DNA of 64,000 nucleotides from Octopus sinensis (taxonomy: Eukaryota). The stretch is from the NCBI RefSeq assembly GCF_006345805.1, contig NW_021833078.1:1-64000 (forward strand), given 5' to 3'. Both the position numbers and the translations under genes were made by a program. Positions 54,327-64,000 of the stretch are shown piece after piece; position 1 is the first letter of the stretch, and every line of letters begins with the position of its first letter. The notes below the pieces were generated by a model. The model was not told the DNA's origin, searched no databases, and saw only the letters and a list, made by a program, of their open reading frames with translations.

Positions 54327-57071
54327 GTCACGAAAATTGGAACATGGAACGTAAGGGAATTGAACATGGGAAGTTGGACACCATCAAGAAGGAAATGAAT
54401 CGATTAAACATCGCTATCCTAGGAGTCGGCGAAGTTCATTGGACTGGCAATGGTTTCCTCAACTCTGGTGATCATACAATGTACTTTTCGGGCAATAGCA
54501 AGACCAGACAAAATGGAGTGAGATTTGTTCTATACAAGAAAATATCCAAGTGTGTTGAAGGTTACCAGACCATCAGTGATCGAGTGATTACCATTCGCAT
54601 CAAAGTCAAAACCAACAACATCACATTGTACAAATCTACGCACCAACTGCCGACGCCGAAGAAGATGAGATTGAACAATTCTATGCAGAAATTCAGGGCG
54701 CAATCGAGGAAACACCACGAACAGATGTTGTCTATATTCTGGGAGATTTCAATGCCAACAATGGAGAAAAAGCAGAAGCAGACATTGTTGGCAAATTTGG
54801 ATTAGGAGAACGGAATGAAGTAGGAGATCGACTGGTCCAATTTTGTCAAGAACAAAACATGCGGCTAACCAATACTTGGTTTCGGCAGCCAAGATGACGG
54901 CTTTACACCTGGACGTCGCCAAGTGGACAGTACCGCAATCAAATCGACAACATCCTATGTCAGCAACGGTGGAAGAGTTCAGTCCAAGCTGTGAAGACGT
55001 ACCTTGAGGCAGACTGTGGATCTGACCATGAACATCTGGTTGCCAAGATCAAAATTCGATTCTGCAATGTCAAGCGACCACCCGCTTGCCAGAAATTTGT
55101 TACCAACAAGATCGGTCTATCATATGTCGCTGAGATCAGAAGCCGCTTCGAACTGCTCGCCATCGAAGCAGAAGATATATGGGAGAATGTGAAGGAAATT
55201 GTCGTTGAAACAGCAGAGAAACATGTACTATACAAGAAACCCACACGATCAGCAAAGTGGATTTCGGAGGAGACTTATGCAATAGCAGAAGAAAGAAGGA
55301 GAGCAAAGGTGACCAGAAGCAGGGATGAAGTGCGGCGCCTGAATGCAATGTTCCAACAGGCTGCCAGGAAGGACAAAGAGAAATACTGGAATGAGGAATG
55401 TGCAAGGGAAGAGGAGGCATACAGGAAACGGAACATGAGAGAACTTTACCAACATGTAAAGAAGGCCCGTGCAGCATCCATGGCAAGACAAGCAACCTTC
55501 CGTGGGAGAAATGGTGAAGAACCACATGACCTAGAAGGGATAAGAAAAAGATGGAAAGAATACACTGAACAGTTGTACGCAGGGAACAACCGTGATGAGC
55601 AGGCAGAAGAGAAGCCACTGGAACTGGAGCCAGACATCCTGGAGGATGAGGTGGTATGGGCAATGAAACAGCTGGCCAAAACCGAGAAGCCCCAGATACT
55701 GATGGCATACCACTAGAATTACTCAAGCCAATACCAACAAAAACACTAACATCGCTTTGCCAACGAATATGGAGAACCTGTAATTGGCCAATGGAATGGA
55801 AGAGGTCAGTTGTCATTCCAATACCAAAGAAAAGAGACACCAAGGACTGCGCAAACTACCATACCATCACTCTGATCCCCCATGTAAGCAAAATTCTCCT
55901 TAAAATCACCCAGAAGCGCCTAAACAGAACTATATAGAGAGAATTGCTAAAAGTGCAAGCTGGTTTAAGAAAGGGAAGAGGCACCCGCGATCACATCGCC
56001 AACCTTCGGTACATTATGGAAAAGGCAAGAGAATACCAAAAGAAGCCGTACATGTGTTTCATTGTTTACTCCAAAGCCTTTGACAGCATTGATCATGACA
56101 AGTTATGGAGAAAATGGGAACACCTTCACACCTTGACCAGCTTATTAGATCACTCTATCGAAACCAAGAGGCTACAGTACGGACACTATATGGCGACACT
56201 GATTGGTTTGAGATTGGAAAAGGCACTCGGCAAGGTTGCATCCTGTCACCAGCAGCCTTCAAAATGTACGCTGAAAAGGTCATGAGGAATGCAGACCTGG
56301 AGGATAGCAGCATTGGAGTGAAGATTGGAAGAAGAAATATTAATAACCTTCGCTATGCAGATGATAAAATGCTACTGGCAGAAAATAATAAGGATCTAGA
56401 GAAACTTATCCTGCTAGTCAAGAAAGAGAGTGAGAACTTTGGGCTGTACCTCAATGTCAAGAAAACAAAAATCATGTCAACAGCAGCCACAACAAACATC
56501 AGCATTAAGATCGATAATAAAGAGATCGAAGTGGTAGATGATTTCATATTCCTTGGCTCCAAAATAAATCGAAATGGTAACTGCACTCCAGAAATAAGGC
56601 GGTGGATAGTACTAGGCCAAGAGGCAACGGTCAGCATGAACAAGGTCTGGAAGAGTAGAGACTTCAGCCTTGCTACCAAATGCAGATTGGTGTATGCAAT
56701 TGTCTTCTCAATAGCAGCATATGGCTGCGAGAGCTGGACACTAAAGAGAACTGACCAGAAGAGAATTAATGCATTCGAGCTTTGGTGTTGGAGAAGACTT
56801 TTACGGATTCCATGGACAGCGAGGCTCACCAATGATGAAGCCGAAACTGTCGCTAGCATCACCAAGCAAAGATTGGCATATTTTGGTCATATTATGCGGA
56901 GAAAATTCCTGAAGAACGACATCATGTTTGGAATGGTCAGTGGCAAGAGAGGAAGAGGCCGACCAAGAACCTGCTGGCTTGATACCATCAAGAGTGACAC
57001 GGGAATGACCATAGCCAATCTGAAAGAAGCGACTCTGAAAGAAGAACTGGCTGGAAATCACTTCGACTGAG

Positions 57072-57075
<4 letters not shown>
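54327..57075 (+). mobile_element. RTE/BovB-like LINE, near full-length ORF, disrupted
   Basis: KIGTWNVR, LGVGEVHW, GDFNA, YTWTSP..QID, GSDH; KARE..CFIVYSKAFDSIDH, RQGCILSP, NNLRYADD, YGCESWT, GKRGRGRPRTCWLD. Confidence 0.92.
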
Positions 57076-57123
<48 letters not shown>

Positions 57124-57255
57124 GGAGTCTTAATTGCAGATGGCTCAATTCCATGACAAAAGACTTAAGGTACCACCAACCAAACCCACTAATTCCCTTC
57201 TTGGCACCAACAGAAAACATTAAAAACAAGAAGAACCGATTTTATCAGAAATATT

Positions 57256-57643
57256 TGGCTGTGTGGTAAGAAGCTCGTTTCCCAAAAACAGTTCAATCCC
57301 ACCACGTGGTACCTTGGTTAAGTGTCGTCTACTATAGGCTCATGCCGATCAAAACCTTGTGAGTATATTTGGCATTTGGAAACTGAAAGAAGCCCATCGT
57401 TTATATATATATATATATGTATATATTTATGTGTATGTCTTTGTGTTTGTGTTTGATCCCTTCCCCAACGCGCTTGACAGCCGATATTGGTATATTTACG
57501 TCACCATAACTTAGCGGTTCGACAAAGATACTGACAGAATGAGTACGAGACTTAATAAGAATAAGTCGATTTCTGCGAGTAAAAAGTGGTGCTCCAGAAT
57601 AGCCCCTGTCATATGACTGAAACAAGTTAAAGAATATAAGAAT
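57256..57643 (+). mobile_element. SINE family 1, diverged copy
   Basis: tggctgtgtggtaag..ccttggttaagtgtc..gaaactgaaagaagccc..ggtgctccagaatagcc..gactgaaacaag. Confidence 0.82.
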
Positions 57644-59469
57644 AAACGTATACCATACACACTCGCGCGCTCGCAAGCACTAACATGCTCGTACGCAGAT
57701 GGACACATACACACACACTTACAGAAGTCAATAATAAATAGGGTTATCTTTGTATTGTGAAACTGTATTGTGAAACCAGTAGCTGGGCGTCATGAGAGTT
57801 TGAGAGTCGAAGAGTTGAGAGTCGACTGTTCTAGTCGGCGTCTTGTGGAGTTAACAGTGATAGTAAGTGAGAAGAAGTTAGTGTATTACTCCTCCAGTAC
57901 GAAGAGATACAACGGTATCCGATGACTAGTAACTATTGTGGTTACTAGCTTAAACAGCAACTACAGTACAACGGAAGTCACACATCACACCAGTGTGAGG
58001 AACCCACTTTATACTAGTTATATACAACCTTTTTACAACATGCATAGAATCCACAGAAGACATGGTAAAGAAAGCAAAATTGGATTGCAAACATACTTAG
58101 ATTACTCCTAAGTATCACAGTTGGCTAACAGGAAAAAACAAGAGCAACAGTGTACAGATCGTTCATTATATCCATCATGCATTGTGGCAGTTCCCTCTGA
58201 GCTCCAACCTCCCGACAACAACTCACTTAAACATTCCAAGGAGACAGAGCTGTACCTCTGCACCATAAACTGCTCTATCCAATCTACATCCAGAGATCCA
58301 ATCCACATCGAAATAATGAACATGTGAGAGAAATACTTTGTTACCGTTGAAAAGTTCAATTCCCTCTGATCCTGTTAATACCTCAAAATCAACCATGATG
58401 TACAACTCCACAGAAAACGTAGCACCATAATGTTTTAAAACACTATCTCTCCAACAGAACCGAGTCAAACATAGAAACATATACACGACTGCCACTAGAA
58501 TCTATGTGCTTATAGAAATAGATCGACCAACTGAGACATTGCAATATATCTTGATTGTTATATCGCAAACCATACGCCTCATTACTGCATGTCAGAATGT
58601 GCAAGTAGACGGAGACATAGTTTAACTAGGATGACTGGTCTATCAGGCCACGTCGTTCATCCGAGTATCTTCATACTGTAAGACTACGCGAACAGCGAGA
58701 CCTGAGACTAGACAATGAAAACAAGTTGCAAACTGAAATTGCTGGATATTGTCTTACTGTTTACCGGCGAGCTTCTGGAATGATGATATTTCTTTAATTA
58801 AGCTTTCAAACCGTAACAGCAAACTGAATGCAGAGACCCCAACAGTCTCTCGGCTTTAGAATTTTTATATTATTATATTTCCCAGCTTCCAGATCTCTTG
58901 TTCGATATTCTGTGTATTGTGATAGTATTTGGTTATTTTAGTAAACGAATGATTTTTTCTTACTGAACCATCAAGGAAGTGGAGCATATATCTCTTATCT
59001 GAAGCCTCTCCAAGGCATTTGTTGGCATTTATTGTTTTCCTTACAAAAGTTCAGTCGATCGGACAGTCACTTCAAGCTAACAAGTACACAATTACCACAA
59101 AACTGTGTCTCTGGAATATACGGAAGAACATATTCAGTGTAAAGCATTTCTTGTCGTGTGTGGCGATGTTACTTCATAATCACAGTCCTCATATCAAAAT
59201 ATCAAGTGCAAATGCGTGAATGAGGTTGGAATTGATAATGGTGAAGATCTCTCGCTCGGCAGTTGGCCTGCAGTACCACATGGTAGGATCGGTTGTCATC
59301 TAGTTTCTGCAGTACGAAAGAAACGAGGAAAGATCCACTGAAGCAGGCTTGAATGCCACTCTGATGGAATGTAACATCCGACATGAACCTACCAGATTTT
59401 GCTTTACGGACAGATGGAGAGAGATATGACATGAAAATAAAATGTTTGATATCATTTGACAGAAACTAA

Positions 59470-60115
59470 GTGACCAGGGAAGACACATTAGAAAGAAAGA
59501 CTGATTAACTCAAGTACAGTTCGAAAAAATCAAACAGACGGAGAACGTAAGACAATATAAGACAGATAAATGTCAAATACACTCAAAACAAAGACATGGT
59601 GTTCAATTACCACGTATCACAAGACACCCCTATGTGTACGGGAAACCAGAGTATGAATTTTTTGTTGAACAAATTATTGGCCGTAGGCTACATGATAATA
59701 CCCAATCAGATGAAAGAAAAATGTTACTGTCAATAAAAAGGCAATGAAGAATAAAATAATGAGATATAGATAGTTAATCAAGTCTTGGAGATGATAAAAA
59801 GTAGTGGTATCACCATGACCAACAAGTTAGTATATATGCTGCAGCCGTGCTAGTAATAGAAGAACTTAGCATGAAGGTATCACAACCTCAAAAGAAAGAA
59901 AGAGAACCAAAGTGGAAAAGACGATTACAGGGACAGGTAGACCAGTTGCAAAAAGATCTTGCATGGGTAGAGATTCTTAATCATGAGAAATGTATAAGAC
60001 TGGATTTCAAGAAGCAATCAAAAGAAACTACTGGCTGAAACAAAAATTATAGAAGAGCAATGAAGAATTAAAGCAAAAGGATAAAAGTGAAAGCTGCCAA
60101 AAGTAAGAGACACGG
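59470..60115 (+). mobile_element. R4/Dong-clade LINE N-terminal remnant
   Basis: HIRKKD*LTQVQFEKIK; YAAAVLVIEELSMK..EPKWKRRLQGQVDQLQKDLAWV; EELKQ, as I recall them from R4/Dong ORFs. Confidence 0.6.
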
Positions 60116-60129
60116 CAACAGATTTGTTG

Positions 60130-62075
60130 GCCTTTTTTTTTTCCCTGTAACCGATTCAAATTTTTTCTAGAATGGTGCCGACCGTCTCCAGTTCGGAGGC
60201 GTCCGACATCATGACATTATGTCGTCCGTGTGCGGAGACACTGCCCTTCCATGTCCCTGTTCGAATGGAATGCCCCTTAACTGTTTCAACTTCCGTAGCC
60301 AATACGTACAGACCGAGCGTGCAAACGGTTCCGATAAGTGGCTATTTACTTTGACCACTGAGCAGATGCCGCTCTGCATTGCGGCGATCCAGCTTCTGAA
60401 AAAGGGCCCGAAACCGATTGCTTTCAGGACAGCTTCCAAGCAGTGATGGTTGACTCTATCGAATGCTTGATTGATTGATTTAGTTTTATCCAAATTGAGC
60501 AGAGCACCCCGGAAGCCAGCTGTAGTGATACCCCTCTCTATAATGTATCGCGTAAGGTGGAGGTTGTCGTGGATAAGACCTGTTCAGGAATGTGCATGTT
60601 TGTGTTTCCCGACCAGGTGCCCAACGACTAGCGCCAATCCTTTCGTTAACACCTTGGCAAAAAGTCTTAAACTGTGTGTTTAGCAGAGTTATGGGTCAAA
60701 AATTCCTTAGTACGTCATCTCTGTCGGCGTTCATCATCATCAGTGTAACCACATCCCAGCTAACAACACTTGGAATACTCTCGTCCTGTTGCCAGTTGCG
60801 CTGTACATTTGCTTAGAGGTCAACAAACAAATCTGGTATGAACACATAGAATTCATAAGCTAGACCATCCAAACTGGATGATTTGTGACGTGTGCAATCG
60901 TTCATGACCTCCTGAATTTCTGTGGCTCTTATCGGCTTTTCACATAAACTCATGTCAGCTGGTGAGAGCCGCTGTAAGCCGTGCGATTACTAACTAAAAT
61001 TCACTATCGTCTTCGACCCATTTTCTCCACAAACAGCTGCATAAAGTACTGCTGGAGAGTTGCACATATCCCCTCTGCGCCCAGTAGCACGCGCCTATCC
61101 TAATCAATCAAAGATTTGATCGCGATTTTGTTTACACGTCGCGTTTCACCTTTCGGGCCCACCGGACAGCTTTAGTTCCTCCTTGTTTGAGCGAACAGGC
61201 CTAAGGCCTGACAACGCAATCTTAGTGTTTCGCTGCTTCGAAGAAATAATCAAGGACCATTCTCACCGCTACTACATCGGTCACGATGCCCTTATTAGAT
61301 ACCTCATCTAATTTTATAGCTAGTTCACCTCGTAATCTCTTCCTTTCTATTGCTAACTCTTTGCTAAACGCTATCGATTCTGTTCTAATCACCCGCTTTA
61401 GGAACATCCACCACTGGTTGTTGTCGACTGCCACTGCCAACTGCCGCTTAACTAGTTCATTAATCCGGCCCCTATAGTCTTTGCATGCAGTAAGAACGCA
61501 TTTAACTTCCTGTAACTGGGTCCCTGTCTACGGGACTTACCTAACACGACTGTGCAGACCACAAATTTGTGATCTGTGTAGTCGACCAATTTAAATTTTG
61601 GACAACCTACGCCATCTCTCTCCTCTGATCTAACAAATACTGTATCTAGATACGATCTGGACACCTATAGTAGTTGCTCCACATCCACACTGGCACATCA
61701 TTGAAAGCTAGTCGATATCTGTCAGACAACTGAAAGTTTCTGAGCAGGTTTTCTAGGCCATAGCACCCACTTCTTCTATATACTAGCCCGACACAGTCAA
61801 TCTGTGCATCTAAAGCACTATTCCAGTCTCCTAGTACTAATAGGTGAGACGTTCTCAGGAAAGCTTCAAGACGCTGAAGAGATTTGGCTCTCCAGACCTG
61901 TCGGGCCTTCCCTACCATTCTCGTCTAGGGCCACCAACCTACTGTCTGCGTCCATAAATATTGCCCGTACTTTGAGACATAAGGACTTTTGGAATAATTT
62001 TGCTACTTCGCCGCCCACTCCCGACAAACCACAGGATGAGAATAATGGGCGCTAACGCTCGCGAAACGCTGCATA
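60130..62075 (-). mobile_element. Decayed Tx1-clade ORF2 fragment (EN and RT), related to 20861-24215
   Basis: LVLGDWNSALD, SRSYLDTV, YTDHKFV, QGPSYRKLN, WWMFLK..I, QAFDRVNHH..GFGPFFRSWI. Confidence 0.85.
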
Positions 62076-63039
62076 AAAGGATCACTGCCCAACTGGATGA
62101 ATGGCTGTAGCACGTCCCTACCTGAATGACAAAAGAAGGAATGCTGCTATGTCTCGAGGATTTCTTGAAAGGTAACTTGACATCAAATTTTCGGCCTAAA
62201 ATCTGTCTACCACCTATGTGGAAGCTTATCGAGGATGTCTAGGCGGAAAAGCTATATAATATTCTAGAAAGTAACAATCTACTTATATGAGAGCAGAAAG
62301 AATACAAAAAACAAAGTAGGGCAACAAAAGACTACTAATTATTTGATAGAATGAGAATTAGTAATTGTAGACGCAGATTGATGGAACTGAGTGTAGCATG
62401 GTTAAGTTACCAAAAAGCGTCCATTGCCTTGTGGGGCTTCCAAAGGGGCGATTTCTAACAAATATTCTTCATATTTCGTCGGTAGATTCCTGGTGTAAGA
62501 TTTCTGTGAATATGAAATTATCATATACATATGGAATGTGATGAGAATTTCTGGAACTGTATCCCATAGAAACTCAACAAAGTATTAAAGATGGTGAAGA
62601 GAACATGTTAGAATTTTAGAAAGAAGTTTAATATATGCATACGATCGGTTCGAACCGAAATGTTAACATGCAAATAACATGGTAGAATAATTGGAAATTA
62701 ATTGAATTAAATTAAATTAATTACATATTACTGTAACCCTCAGTGCAAAAAAAAAAGAATGCATTAAAAAATTATTGTTTTTGTTGCAGAAGACTTGATA
62801 GAGGACGTAGCAAATAACATATTCGGATATATATATTTCTCCCTATGAAAGATCAAGAACAGACTAAGAAAAGTGTTGTTGAGTCTAGTTGTGAAAAAAC
62901 CTAACTGATTCCGCCAACGGCTATTTGAAAATATATGTGAAAGATGTTATAGAAATAAAGATAGAAGTATAGTTGTCAATATTACAGAATTAAGATATTA
63001 AATACTTGCTGTTGCGAAAAATATTGAATAATCCGTTCC

Positions 63040-64000
63040 AGGTAAATGAAATGGAAAAAGTTAGGTTTTCAAAAGGCTAACTAATTAACAATGTATGGGA
63101 GTTACAGCTGAGACAAATCGTAAGAATGTTTTTTCTAAATGTTATAATTATCGGTATTTAGTAGGTTACTATATTTTTGTATAAATAATAAAAATAAATT
63201 GAATGAGTTGAAGTTTATAGTTATATTATATAAATAATATTGTCTAACGGATATACGGTAATAGTGAATTGTGAATGTAAGAAAAAATTTGTTTTTCTTT
63301 ATGAAATAAAAGGTGCAAATAAATATATTAAAAAATGGAAATAATTCATATATAAAAATGTTTCTATATTGTATACTGATACATTTACAGAAAACATATA
63401 TGCAAGAAACTTATACAAGGGATTATATATGCTAGCTACATTTTAGTTATTTTCTTTGAGGGTGGGTGTGGCAGATAAAACACCGTACAGAGGTAAAGAG
63501 AATACTTTTACCAGTGTAAAGATAGGGCCCCCAAAAACGAATATAGGTATAATTATAAATTATAATTATAATTATAATTATCCACACATATGAAAGAAAG
63601 ATATTATTATAAGCAATAATATATATGTTTATTTGTATGTTAATAGGCAGCAATATTAATATTAATAATAATAATAATAATAATAATTTGCACCTTTTAC
63701 CCCATAAATAAAAACAAATTTTTTCTTATATTCACAATTCACTATTACCTTATATCCGTTAGACAATTATTATTTATATAATGTTATTATGGATTTTCCA
63801 CTTCCTTCATGCCAAACTGGATTCGCAATTCTTATTCTATTTTTGTAATTATTTATACATAAACATAATCAACCTACTAAATACCGATAATTGTAACTTT
63901 CTTTAAAAAACAGTCTTACGACTTTGTCTCAGTTTTATTTCTCCTACATTGTTAATTACTTAGCTTTTTGAATACCAAAAATTTTCATTTTCATTTTCCT
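63040..64000. repeat. Long imperfect inverted repeat (arms about 63040-63320 and 63686-64000+, spacer about 365 bp)
   Basis: gttataattatcggtatttagtaggtt / aacctactaaataccgataattgtaac; tgtctaacggatatacggtaatagtgaattgtgaat / attcacaattcactattaccttatatccgttagaca; aggtgcaaat / atttgcacct. Confidence 0.85.

Noticed and set aside
57915-57975. CCGATGA followed by a perfect 8-bp hairpin (ctagtaac/gttactag)
   Set aside because: No GAAA, stem III or matching stem I, so it is only a hairpin.
57760-58500. Possible LTR plus PBS (..gaagaCA-TGGTA..) and a PLE-like SNLHPEIQST peptide
   Set aside because: No second LTR, no gag/pol, and the peptide match is too short.

Overview
AT-rich eukaryotic window. The SINE families, dense (TA/TAC)n arrays and lectin type suggest a cephalopod (Octopus-like); this is inference. 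One host gene is supported: a 3-exon PAN/Apple + C-type lectin on + (27172-36443) with phase-compatible GT-AG junctions. The rest is mostly mobile DNA: eight CR1-like LINE copies or fragments, nearly all bounded by (TA)n; Tx1/L1-clade elements (one near full length, one ORF2 remnant, one tandem ORF1-only derivative); an RTE/BovB-like LINE; an R4/Dong remnant; a Tc1/mariner; four Helitron-like non-autonomous elements; two tRNA-derived SINE families; several Penelope-like element (PLE) remnants; and MITE-like palindromes. Signals the ORF track does not show: (i) at least four well-formed and two to three decayed hammerhead ribozyme (HHR) motifs in PLE ends or in small non-coding, microsatellite-flanked elements, often capped by a 5' fold-back; (ii) an uninterrupted PLE N-terminal ORF on the minus strand at 420->1, fused head-to-head to the PLE C-terminal half; (iii) two SINE-LINE 3'-end pairs, one with a Tx1-clade LINE, plus a covarying 3' stem-loop. 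All alignments and folds were read by eye; no database searches were run, so clade names and novelty are unverified.
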